A DNA stretch of 64,000 bases from Octopus sinensis (taxonomy: Eukaryota). Below are positions 12,361-24,705 of the stretch, piece by piece; the first letter of the stretch is position 1; each line of letters starts with the position of its first letter. A program made the position numbers and the translations under genes. The DNA is taken from the NCBI RefSeq assembly GCF_006345805.1, contig NC_043000.1:14012001-14076000 (forward strand), written 5' to 3'. A model generated the notes under the pieces. The model had not been told where the DNA came from, did no database searches, and worked only from the letters and a program-made list of their open reading frames with translations.

Positions 12361-15165
12361 ATGGATTTACCAGGTTCTAGTGCCTTTCACCAAAGTTTCC
12401 TGAACACCTCCATGATTTCAGATGATAGTCCAACTGTCCAGAAGCGAGTCTCATATGGTGGTGAATCCTTTCCTTATGGAATCAGTGGTGTTGCCATGCC
12501 CGATTATGGCTATAGTGGCAGTGTTTATAATTATTCACGAAAGAGTTTTCCCCGAAAATCACGGGTATGTTGTTACTGTGGAAAATCTTTCACCAGGTCG
12601 ACAACGAGACGCTATCACGAAAAGCGATGTCCACTTCTACGTGCTGCTGGTAGTTTAGTGGAACAGAATGAACAACCTGTTGATAATGGAGCAACTGCTT
12701 CAACTGATCACAAGTTTTATGCAATTGGATCACAAAGCCCAGCGTCACTCACCAATTCAATTAGTCCGGCTTCTGATTCTTGTCGTGCTGGAGTTGAAGA
12801 TGAACTTTCAAAACAGCCTGTCACAAATCGAAGACGGTCATTTGACCAGGCCAATTTGGAAAGTGTGTTTGTTAAACAAGAACCTTCTGAGTTTCTCAAT
12901 ATGTATGTTAGGACTTCAACACCACGGACAGGTTCATCTGAAAATAACCCATATGTAAATTCTGACAGTAATAAACAGGAATCTTCAAAGCCATTGGTAA
13001 ACTTTCCGTCCCAATCCAGTAGCAGTAACAAAGATGTAAATGGCGAATCGGTCATTACATCTACACCTAGGTATGATCAGGCAGGAAATGTTGAATCACA
13101 CTCAAATTTGGAGAGTGATTCTCTTAGAACGATTAGAATTGAGAAAACAGAGACAGATGTCCCAAAAAATGATGGTTCAGAAACCAGTATATACAAAAAC
13201 CATTCTTCAACACATTTGGACCAAATGTTGCAAGGTGATGCAACCTCTTTGTCAGCTCGTCCTCATAAATCTTCACGTTTACAACAGTCAACTCAGGGAG
13301 CTTCCCATTCATCAGCTTTTAGAATTGAGCGAAGAGTATCTAAAATGATAAACAAACATCGATGCGGCTTGTGTGGCAAGCTGTTTGATACCCAGAAACA
13401 GCTTCAAATGCATGAGCAATTACATACTAAATTTAGGCCATATACTTGCCGCTTCTGTGGTCAGCGATTTACGAAATCAGCAATGAGAATTCGTCATGAG
13501 CGTTCTCATCTTGGGGAAAAGCCATTTATGTGTATTGCGTGTGGGTCCTCATTTACTCGAAACTATAGCCTGAAACTGCATGAGCAGCGCCGGCATTCTC
13601 GAGGTCCTTGTATCTGTACAGATTGTGGAAAGGTGTGCGAGTCTTTAAGCAGTCTCAAATTCCACACTCAGAAACATGAATCTTTTGATGCTTTTGCTGC
13701 TAAAGACAACAACAACAGCACCCAAATGGAACCTACAGCAACTGGCATAACCAGCTTTTCTTCAACTACACCCAAAGCTGCAGAACAGCAGGATAATCCG
13801 GAATCCCTTAAAAAGGAGTCTGATCCACCAAGTGATTCTGGATCTGTCAGCCAAACTAGCAACAAAAAACTGCCAGATGACAGTAGTAAGACTACTGTAG
13901 CACCAAGTACAGGAGAGGAAGATGATGCTAAGGCTAAGGTGAAATGTAATGATTGTGGTAAGGAGTTCACACGACCTTACTTGCTCAAATACCATATAAA
14001 GGTACATGCTGGCTTAAAACCATTTGAGTGTCCTATCTGTGGGAAAAGATTTGGATATAAAAATAACATGAAATCTCATCTGAAACTTCATGCTGGAATT
14101 AAACCATATCAGTGCTGTGTCTGTGATGCAAAATTTACACGAGGGTCTACGCTTCGAAGGCATGCTCGTAAGCATGGCATCATGGCTACATCAATATGGG
14201 ACCTGTTTTCAAACTCTGGAATATCACAGTCACAAGCATTCAGTGCCAGTAATCTAGCCAAAAAAGTGGCTGCTGCTGCTGCTTCATCACTACACACTAG
14301 TAAAACGAACTATGCTTCTCAAATCGGGGTCATTCCAGATAGTTCTGACCCAAATCGTCAGAACTATGATTCACATTCAGCCGAATCCTCCATACCTCAA
14401 TCTATAGCCAACGGCAGTATATACCTAAACTACAAACACTCAGCAACTCAACATACATACCATTCACCTTTAGCTACCTCAGCAGTCATCCAACCCACTT
14501 CTTCCGTTACCTCATACTCCCCAAACTCTCCTCCACTCACTGCCCTCAATCTCAGCATAAAAAACAAACCTGATGTGCAGTATCAAAGCTCAGACGTGCT
14601 GAGGACATCCTGGAACCTGCAGCGGCCTACCTCCTCATCTACAAGCATATCTTCCAATTTGGAAAGCAAAATGTCCACTCCATTACTTTTACAAATAAAC
14701 AACAGTGAACTACTGCCAACCAAGCATTCTGCTTATAAGGTCTCTCAACCCAAAGCTGAATATCGTGATTTCGAAGCTCAAACTAATTTGTGTGATTGTA
14801 GCCGTACAATTGAAGATAACGTCCAGGCCAACATGTATGGCGCTCACTTGCCAGCATCCCGTTTGATTAAACAGGAGAGCAGCTTACGTTATAGTCCAGT
14901 TACAGTGTCAAATGGGACATCACCGGTGAAATTTGACAAAATAGGAAGCTCGTTTAATGGAGAAACAGTTTCTTCTTTGCTCACAACTGGACGTATGTTT
15001 GTCTGTGAATACTGTGAATGCTACTTCAAGGAATATGCCATGTATCGCATCCATCAAAAGCTGCATGTTAAAGATGAGAGCCGGCCCTATCTTTGTCCAG
15101 TCTGTAATGAGGACTGTCATGATAGGATATACTTTAGTTTGCATATTTCAGAACATTTAAAGTAG
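12361..15165 (+). CDS. Multi-cluster zinc-finger transcription factor (934 aa): C2HC finger, 4 C2H2, 3 C2H2, and a C-terminal Ikaros/Hunchback-like finger pair
   Basis: Uninterrupted 2805-nt ORF. C2HC finger 12568-12630; C2H2 fingers 13363-13677 and 13945-14175 with H-LGEKPF, H-AGLKPF and H-AGIKPY linkers; terminal pair 14998-15156; SUMO-type VKQE and IKQE motifs; ALNLS motif. Confidence 0.95.
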   Translation: MDLPGSSAFHQSFLNTSMISDDSPTVQKRVSYGGESFPYGISGVAMPDYGYSGSVYNYSRKSFPRKSRVCCYCGKSFTRSTTRRYHEKRCPLLRAAGSLVEQNEQPVDNGATASTDHKFYAIGSQSPASLTNSISPASDSCRAGVEDELSKQPVTNRRRSFDQANLESVFVKQEPSEFLNMYVRTSTPRTGSSENNPYVNSDSNKQESSKPLVNFPSQSSSSNKDVNGESVITSTPRYDQAGNVESHSNLESDSLRTIRIEKTETDVPKNDGSETSIYKNHSSTHLDQMLQGDATSLSARPHKSSRLQQSTQGASHSSAFRIERRVSKMINKHRCGLCGKLFDTQKQLQMHEQLHTKFRPYTCRFCGQRFTKSAMRIRHERSHLGEKPFMCIACGSSFTRNYSLKLHEQRRHSRGPCICTDCGKVCESLSSLKFHTQKHESFDAFAAKDNNNSTQMEPTATGITSFSSTTPKAAEQQDNPESLKKESDPPSDSGSVSQTSNKKLPDDSSKTTVAPSTGEEDDAKAKVKCNDCGKEFTRPYLLKYHIKVHAGLKPFECPICGKRFGYKNNMKSHLKLHAGIKPYQCCVCDAKFTRGSTLRRHARKHGIMATSIWDLFSNSGISQSQAFSASNLAKKVAAAAASSLHTSKTNYASQIGVIPDSSDPNRQNYDSHSAESSIPQSIANGSIYLNYKHSATQHTYHSPLATSAVIQPTSSVTSYSPNSPPLTALNLSIKNKPDVQYQSSDVLRTSWNLQRPTSSSTSISSNLESKMSTPLLLQINNSELLPTKHSAYKVSQPKAEYRDFEAQTNLCDCSRTIEDNVQANMYGAHLPASRLIKQESSLRYSPVTVSNGTSPVKFDKIGSSFNGETVSSLLTTGRMFVCEYCECYFKEYAMYRIHQKLHVKDESRPYLCPVCNEDCHDRIYFSLHISEHLK

Positions 15166-18100
15166 GAAGGCTAGCTCTTAAGTTTTATTTTGATGCATGC
15201 TATTGCAATAATGTTGGCACATCCTACCTCGACACATTTTTCGTCTATTCTAGATGAAGCATAGAATAAGAAAAATGGAAAGAAAATAATTTTTTTTTTT
15301 TAGTTTTTTTTTTGTTTATACATATATATATTTTTTAATCTAACATATTAGTTTGTGTATGTTTGTGTGCATGTATATATATATATGTGCGTGTGTGTTT
15401 TCATATAAACATAGACACACTCATATATCCATGCATGCACATACAGTCATACATATACATAAACATTTTTTCATCATAATTTTGCTAAAACATGTTAAGC
15501 AAGTTGGGGGACTATTTTGGCTTATTAGAAAGCTGATAACTAATTACAAATTTTTGGCTAAGGTTTTATGAAAAATGTCATTATTCATTTTGTATTATAT
15601 AATCCAGTTGCTATATATATATATATAAGAGATCTTTCCTTCTTCACTCTTCACATGCATCGACATCTCTCTTTCACTGTTTTGACTATTTCTCTGCAAT
15701 CTGCACAGCTGTGATCGACATCATCTTTGATTATTAGATCTTTCACTAGGACAGATCTCAGAAATTGGTCACTATAGCTTGACTTTATTTAGTTAAGGCA
15801 GAAAGGATTCAGGGATAATTTGTCTGCAAACATATTGGTTCCCTCCCCTTATTATTTTTTTACAACCCCCCTCCCCATTTTTGTATTTTTTTTCTCCTCC
15901 CCCACAACAAACTCTTTTTCCTCTTCCTTCCCTCCTCCTAACTCTTACTTTCTTTTTATTTCTGTACTCTCTTCTTTACTGCAATTCTATTTATTTAAGT
16001 AACACTTGGGATGTACAGTATTGTGTCTGTAACAATAACCTATAGTGGAGGTGTTGGTGGTGGTCAACTGTGCAGTGTACACCATTGCACTGTAACTAGT
16101 TACCATTTAATTGGCAGGGAGAATTCTAAATTAAATGAACAAAAGCACAAACCACTTATTGATTGCTTGTTCTAAAAACTACCTCTGTGAACTATGTTTT
16201 ATACTTACTCTATGTGATTTTCTGTTTTTATTTAATCTTATTTCCATTCTTACTTTCTTTCTCGTCATGACTGTGGAAGGGAATTTATTAAGTTTTTCTT
16301 TGTTCACACCAGACCTGGTCTTTACAAATATCACAGAAATGATTTTTGATAGCATCACACACACACACACATATTATTAAACTTTTATTTTTAAAATTAA
16401 ATCTTTATAAAACCAACCTCTTGTTTACTCTTAGAATATCTTAAAAAAAACTTCAGACTCTTCAACATAAGTCTCATCAACTACTAACAGAATTAAATAC
16501 AGATACACATACATAGAAATATACATGTGCACATGTATATAAAATATAAAAGTATCATTATGTGTGTGTGAGCATGCATTATATATATAAATATATATAA
16601 GCGAGAAAGAAGCAACCCCACATTATTGTATTGTTAAAACAGTATAAGTTTGTTTTTGGTGCATCTAAGTTAGGTACCATATTCAAGTAAATTCATTTAA
16701 ATTAACTTGAATCTTTATTGCTTTATAAATATATATATATATATATATATGTATTTTAATCTATAATTGTTAGTTAGACAAAATATATTCTATTTTACCT
16801 GAGTCTCATTGGAGGTTGAATATATTTTGTCAAATTAACAATTATGGATTAAATATTTTTGTTCATTCTCAGACATGTCTTTGAGTGCTAACTTGATTCT
16901 AAGTGTGGCCAGACATAGCTTCTTTTTGAACTTGAATCATTAGTCCAACAAAATATACTGTTTTGCCCATGGCCAAAGGTAAAACACAATATATTTTGTC
17001 AGATTAAGGATTAAATATTTGTAACTCTCAGACTTGTCTTTGAACACTTTCTTCTAAGTGGCTGAACATAGCTTCTTTTTGAATTCATCACACATACACA
17101 TTTGAATTTTTATTTTCATATATATATATACATATATTAAACCCTTTCTTTGTCCCACAAAAGTTGTTGAGTCAGCAAAACAGTTGAAGACGCAAACTAA
17201 ATACTTCAAAGTTTAGTTTCAATCTTTTACACTCTAGGTTCAAATCTCACCTGGGCTTTGAGTTTGCTCTCATTTATTTAGGGTCGTTAACATAAGCCTT
17301 CCCTATTAAAATTTTCTTTAACCTTGTACCTAGTTGAAAGAAATCAACCTCATTGATATAAATATCTCAACTATTTTATATATCATAATTCAAAATTAAC
17401 TGTTAATATTTTTTAAAACTGACCACATTTCTAATAATCCATATTAAATAAAATCATTTTCTATGTTAATTATTCTTTTCTCTTATTCTTTTTTTAATAT
17501 AGATTGGTACAAAATGCTGTTTTCATTTTTCAAATTTAAATTTGCATATTTTTTTTTACTCATTTTATATTAGTAAACCATTTCAAAGAAATGAGCAAAT
17601 TAACTATAGTTTAATTAGAAACTAAGATAATTATTGTGTGACACCCCCAGCCCTTCCACATCATTGGTTTATTTTTAAAAATTCTTCTGAAACTAACCAT
17701 CATTTACAGAATCAACATTGTTTTATTAACCCCATATGATGAAATCAGGACCCTCATTAGATTTCAAACCTTTCACAGTCATTTGTTATTATTATTATTA
17801 TCATTATTATTTATTTTAATTTTTAAAAAATTTTTTTATTTTGCATAAATGGGAACCAAGTTTTCTCGGTCTTGTCATGTTATCAGCCACAATCCAAATC
17901 AGATCTTTAAATCTCGTTTCTATGCCCCCCCCCCCGCTTACCCAACTCCTCTTATTCCCCCCCCTCTCCCAGTTTAAAAGGCACACAGTATATATATATG
18001 TATAAACACACACATACACACACGTGCGTGTGTTTGTGCGTGTGCAATTATACGAAGCTGATGATGCACGGCTTATTACTGATAATACTTTTGTGTTGAC

Positions 18101-19360
18101 AAACAAAAGTTAATTGGCAGGGTGAAACTAGGTAAATTGACATTTTACTTGTTATTGTTTATATAGCATTGAGAAAGGGCAGGTAAATCTCTCTCTAAGC
18201 ACTAGCAATGTATCTCAGCGCTAGAAGTATTGGGTTTCTAACTTTGGATTGTGGTTGGAAAAAATATGTCAAGTAAATGAAGAGACAGTGTGTATTTTTG
18301 TTATGTATTTCTATAGATCAATGTAAATTACTTAACACACCTTCTCTTCCAAATATACATATATATATATATGTATATTTTGTTTATATACATACGTGTG
18401 TGTATGTATATATATTTATATATACATACATATACATATAATATATATACATTTTTATTTTCAATAATAGAAGCAAACTGGGTATATTTAAATTTGTTTC
18501 TTAATTATTTCATTTCTTTTTCTCCCCCTTTTGTCATCAAGAATTTTTTTTTTTTTTTCTATTTTTAAAAAAAAAACTTAAGTTGCTTTACAATATGAAC
18601 AAATAAAATTTGTTTGCTATTAAGACAAAAAATGGAAAAGGAGAAAAAAACCCTCTTTGGAAAATGCTAATGAAAATTAATCTTAATCCTTATATATATA
18701 CATGTATATATGTGTGTATATATATATACATACACATATATATATGTATATATATATATATATAAAAATATTTTTAGACAGCTCTTGTAGCACTGAAAAT
18801 GTACGATTTGTTACTGAAAATTTAGAAATTATTTTGTTTTATGGCACAATGATGTCACTACTTGCCTAATCATTGCTATGTATTTAGGACTTGGCCTCCC
18901 CATTAGGCTGATGATTCTGGTGACTAATGCTGACTTTTATATATGTATATATGTGTATATGTATATATATATATATAAAATTATTCCGTTGGTTACCCCT
19001 GTCACTGGGAATGTGATTGTCATCCATCCTGAAAAATGTTTTCCAGATTATTCTGTTAATCAAAGGAGTTCTAATATTTTCTGCTTTTTATTGTGAATTG
19101 TTGCTCTTTTGCTTTTAACCATTTCATTTTCCCCTACCTCATTCAACTGCTAAAAATAAAAATAAAAAATTTTGAAAAAAAAAAAAAACAGTAAACAAAC
19201 AAGAATTTGTATTAGCATCACAGCCAGCTTTAGACACTGCCTTTGATGCTGTCTGTCAACTAACCATTTTTCGTTATTCCAGTTTAGAAACTTGCTCAGA
19301 ATGGTACTCTCAATGCTCTGTCTTATTCCCTCCCTCCTTATATTATATAGTGCATATAAT

Positions 19361-19445
19361 ACAGATATATATATATATATATATATATAGTGTATAGATA
19401 TATATATATAGTGTACAGATATATATAGTGTATAGATATATATAT

Positions 19446-19498
<53 letters not shown>

Positions 19499-19791
19499 TA
19501 CAGATGTATATATATGTTTTATATATATATATATATATATATAGTGTACAGATGTATATATATGTTTTATATATATATATATATATAGTGTACAGATGTA
19601 TATATATGTTTTATATATATATATATATAGTGTACAGATGTATATATATGTTTTATATATATATATATATAGTGTACAGATGTATATATATGTTTTATAT
19701 ATATATATATATATAGTGTACAGATGTATATATATGTTTTATATATATATATATATATATATAGTGTACAGATGTATATATATGTTTTATA

Positions 19792-19825
<34 letters not shown>

Positions 19826-19842
19826 GTGTTATATTATATATA

Positions 19843-19883
<41 letters not shown>

Positions 19884-19898
19884 TACAGATGTATATAT

Positions 19899-19947
<49 letters not shown>

Positions 19948-20004
19948 TACAGATGTATATATATGTTTTATATATATATATATATAGTGTACAGATGTAT
20001 ATAT

Positions 20005-20046
<42 letters not shown>

Positions 20047-20050
20047 TATA
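19361..20050. repeat. Composite minisatellite: constant GTGTACAGATGTATATATATGTTT units separated by variable (TA)n
   Basis: Ten intact units counted between about 19496 and 20010, with degenerate units at both ends. Confidence 0.9.
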
Positions 20051-22091
20051 TTATATTGTGTATGTGTGTATACATATATATATATATCGCGTAGATGTAT
20101 GCATGATATGTAATATATAACGTCTGTGTGTATTGATTTCGAAGACTTTCAATGCAACAATTTAAATCCGGATTAATCTTAAAAAACGAACTCTCTTCAA
20201 ATTTTAGTCTTGGTTAATAATGCTGTGTTACTAAATACTGTATAAATTGCCATTGTGTAGATGAGTGATTGTGTATGTGTGCATGTGTGGTGTAATTTAC
20301 TACTTGTTCAAACAAGGTGTACAGATTTCTAAACAGGCTATTTTGATGAGTCACATTTTTCTGAGACCACTTTCTTTTAGTCACGTTAACCTGCTCCTTT
20401 TTGTATTATTTGGCTTTTTGAAGTGCAAATGAGCTGATAAAATCAAATGCTGTTACAGATGTATATACTTAAAACTCTTCGCTAAAGAACCATGCTTTGC
20501 GTGACTGACTTCTTATTCTAAGCCCCTCCCTACCAATGATTTTCCATTTAAGCAACCGTCCACTCTGAGAAGAACCCAGCTCCACATGGAAGAGAATACT
20601 TGTGTTGATGAGTGGGCTTTCGCAGAGCTAGAATTTTGGCCAGAATCTGGGGAGAAAAAAAATTAACTGTTGTTGGTAGACTTTTTTTTCTATGCACATA
20701 AACGACATACAAACAAGTTTCTCAACCCTCCACTTTTAATTGAAACTCTATTTTAAGATGAACATTTCTACTGCTGACTAAAAGAGAGCAAGCCAGGGAG
20801 GTTGAACTGATCTCTCTGGATTCCAGGAGAAAATGCTGCAACATTCCAAACTTAACTGCTCTGTAAAGTAACAAAAAACAGAAAAATAGCATTTTTCCAA
20901 TCAGTATTTCACGTACAACAGCTGCTAATGAGACGTGATGGGGGATAATGTCCAGTGCAAGGGTCTCTTAAAGACTTGCCGATCCTTGCTCCTTCCTCCC
21001 TCTCATCTTCTCTAGTCTTCTCCTGTTGAGACAAACAAACAATAAAGGGTGTGGCTATTTCAGTGATCATTCTACTTTCTGCATGTATGTCTCTATATGT
21101 GTAGAATTGAAAATATATGTATATAGTGATATTTTGATATGAGACTCCTCTACGTATATCAAATGAAACTGCAAAATACAATGCACTTTTCCACTGCATT
21201 GCTATTTTCTATCATCCTTTGCTATTCCAGTTCATTGAAGTTTTTTTTTTTGTTTTTTTTTTTAAATCTTTAGTCGGGGGGTGTTGTTCACTCACTACCC
21301 CACTAATATATAGTCTTAAAAGTTGTGCAGTAAAGTAGTTTGGTTTGGTTTGGTATAATAGTATTGCTGATGCTGGTGACACTTTGCTGTGAACTTCGTG
21401 TGGAAAACGAGTTAGTTGAATTAGTGGCATTCAATGTGAATGCTACCAGGAGCTGAAGTTGTTTTTGGTTTTTTTTTTTCCTTATTAGGTTATACAACAG
21501 TCAGTTCTGGCACCAAAGTGTTTGTTACTTCCCCCAAAGTCACCAAATCTGTAATTGTACCCCCTCCCCATCCAAACTTATTACTGTTACCATTTTCAAA
21601 TGTGACCACATTTCTAATAATCCTTATCATTATTATTATTATTATTACAAACTTTTTACAAATAGATTTTATTTGCAATTCTCTTTTCAATGGTATATTC
21701 TGGGGTTTCTGTTTATTCTATGGTCATTGTTTAGTATTTTTATAGTTGAAATGCTAAAAGATAGGATGTGGATTTTTTTTGTGATTCTGAAGACAAGTTC
21801 TTTGATAGTCAATGAGCTGGATGGAACATGTGATTTCTGTAGCAATTTTATGTACACAATTTGTACAGTCTTTTTAAATCCCCTTTTTTTCACTTAACAG
21901 TTTCTCAGGTCATGTCTTAATTATAATACATGTGCATACACTACACTATGCTACTCTCTTTAACAATTACGTTTCTAATTATTATTCAGTTGATCATGTG
22001 CTTTTTTTTTCTCTTCCTATCCTTGCTAATCTTCCCACCCCTACAAATCATTTCATCCCCCCCACAACTATTTGTGTGTGTGAAATAAATA

Positions 22092-22136
<45 letters not shown>

Positions 22137-23150
22137 ATATAAATATATATATATGAGTGTATGTATGCATGTATTTGTGGGTGTATGAATATGTATGTGT
22201 ATATGTATACACACACACATATATATATATATACATACATACATATGCACACACCCACATTGATGCATGTGCATGTATGTATGTATATATATGAATCTAT
22301 ACCATGAGAGCTACAATGTACATTAAAAGCCATAAATATCATATTTTATCTAAGTTTATTAACATACCCAAGGCAGGAAGCTATAAAAAAAAAAAAAAAC
22401 TTTTTTCTTCCTTTTAATTTAATTTTATTTCATTATTGATTTCCAAGAAAGAATGTCTGCCTGCTGACTGAAATTTTTGTTTTCGTTTATCCAACCCATT
22501 TGTTTATAATTATAATTATTATTAATCATTATTATCATTTCTGAAATATATATACATATATATATATATGTATATGTAAAATACTTGAGATGGGAATGTT
22601 TATTACAATCAGGGATTACAGTTTGAACTCAGGGACCTTGGCACCAGTGTCACTCACCATCATCAGTGTCACATCACTAGTGTCACCATAACACATCTGG
22701 ATGCTATTATTGGCTCCATGTTATAACAAAAGAAAAACACACACACAAACACAAACAAAAGAATGCAATGCTAAGTTTATTATATTTGTATGTATTTCCC
22801 GACCCGTTTCACTCTTCACACTTGTATATCTCTTCACTGCTGTTCCAGTCCATCATCCATTTAGCCTACTATCCAGTCCATAGCTAAATAGCACCTCTCT
22901 AGTGCACAGAATATGTGAAACCTATGAATTGCAGGGCTTCCATTTGAATCCTTTGTTATTTTCCACCTGCACTCATTAACCAGATGAACTAAGATTGTCA
23001 CTTGCAATGGCTCTATAAAACTGTTTACATAGAGTTGGCTTTCCAAAGTAATGCAGTGTTTTGGTAGTTATCCTTTAATGCCAAAACCACTAAGTGGATT
23101 GGTCAAAAGAACGCACAGTTGTTATTGTTATTGCTATTAAGGTGATGAGT

Positions 23151-24705
23151 AAGGCAGCAAGCTGGCAGAATCATAGCATGCTTAGTGGCATTTTTCCCCA
23201 GCTTCGTGTTTGAGTTCAAATTCCACCAAGGTGAACTTTGCCTTTCATCCTTTAGGAGGTTGATAAAATAAGTACCAGGCAATTACTGGGGTCAGTGTAA
23301 TTATCTACACCCTCCACCCAAATTTTCAGGTCTTGTACCTATTTTAGAAAGGTTATTAGTTGGGGGGTGAGTTGCCAGAATCGTTAGTGTTGCATAAAAT
23401 ACTTTGCAGTATTTGTTTTACTTGTAGACATTCTGAGTTCAAACCCTGCTGACCCCACTCTTCTCAAAACTGCTGGCTTTGTGCCTAAATTAGAAACAGC
23501 TGTTATTATTTATCGGGTGGTGTATTAGCTGATTAGTTAGTGTCGAACAGATGCTTTGCAGTGTCTGTTCTGAGTTCAAATCCCACCAAGTACAAATCAA
23601 CTATTGGGGTTTGTGTAATTGACTAACCCTTCTTCCCTTCAAAATTGCTGGTTTTTAGCTAATATTAGAAATTAATTATTATTACATATCTTGAAGCAGC
23701 GAGCTGGCAGAATTGTTAGCACACCAGGCAAAAAATGCTTAGTAGCAATTCATCCGTCTTTAAGTTCTGAGTTCAAATTTCGTCAAGGTCGACTTTGCCT
23801 TTCATCCTTCTGGGGGTTGATAAAATAAGTACCAGTTGAAGATTGGGGTCAATGTAATTGACTTACCCCATGCCCTGAAATTGCTGGCCTTGTGCCAAAA
23901 TTTTCAATCATATATTTAGCTATCTTAGTTTTGTGAAGTTTTATGTATGTTCAAACTGTTTTGAATGGCCATTTTATAAACTGGTATATGTATGTGTGCA
24001 TTTGTCTTAGTACACACTCACACACACGCATACACATGCAAAATTCTAAACAGTACAATTCTAAGTGACCAAGTATCAAACTTACTACTTTAGTCAATAC
24101 GACCTCATGTAATTTTTTTCTTCAGTGTTCTTTGTCCCAGGAATCCACTTGAGTTATACACTGGAGTAACCCAACTGTAGTAATTACTCCTGAAGCTGCC
24201 AAACATGTGCTCTTTGTTGCCATTTACCTCTATAACAGACTTGTTTTCATTATTATTAAGGTAGCGAGCTGGCAGGATCATTAGCATGCTGGCAAAATGC
24301 TTAGCAGTATTTTGTCCATCTTCAGGTTCTGAATTCAAATGCTGCCACGGTCGACTTTGCCTTTCATCCTTCCGGGGGTTGATAAATTAAGTACCAGTGA
24401 AACACTGGAGTTGATGTAATTGACTAGTTCCCTCCTCTCAAATTTCAGGTTTTGTACCTTCAGTAGAATGGATTATTATTAAAGGCAGCAAGCTGGCAGA
24501 ACTGTTAGCATGCCAGGCAAAATGCTTAGCGGCATTTCATCTGTCTTTATATTCTGAGTTCAAATTCTGCTGAGGTTGACTTTCCCTTTCATCCTTTTGG
24601 GGTTGATAAATTAATTACCAGTGAAACACTGAGGTCAATGTAATCAACTAGACCCCCCCCCCCCTACAAAAAAACAATTTCAGGCCTTTAATAGAAAGGT
24701 TTATT
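23151..24705 (+). mobile_element. Cluster of about six head-to-tail family-A SINEs
   Basis: Repeated heads (aaggcagcaagctggcagaa and variants) near 23151, 23362, 23516, 23693, 24258 and 24481, each with the GAGTTCAAA or GAATTCAAA B-box and core; several are joined through (ATT)n tails. Confidence 0.85.

Noticed and set aside
16060-16105. miR-92-like seed (ATTGCAC) in a short hairpin
   Set aside because: The stem is too short and irregular for a pre-miRNA, and the conserved miR-92 3' half is absent.
19361-20050. CRISPR-like repeat-spacer array
   Set aside because: Spacers are pure (TA)n with no unique content, there are no cas genes or leader, and the context is eukaryotic.
19504-22342. Many YI/VC/HT-repeat ORFs (also at 31363-31917, 38699-39241, 45518-45903, 53133-53348, 59856-60086)
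   Set aside because: These are translations of (TA)n, (CA)n and (GT)n microsatellites, which lack stop codons in some frames.
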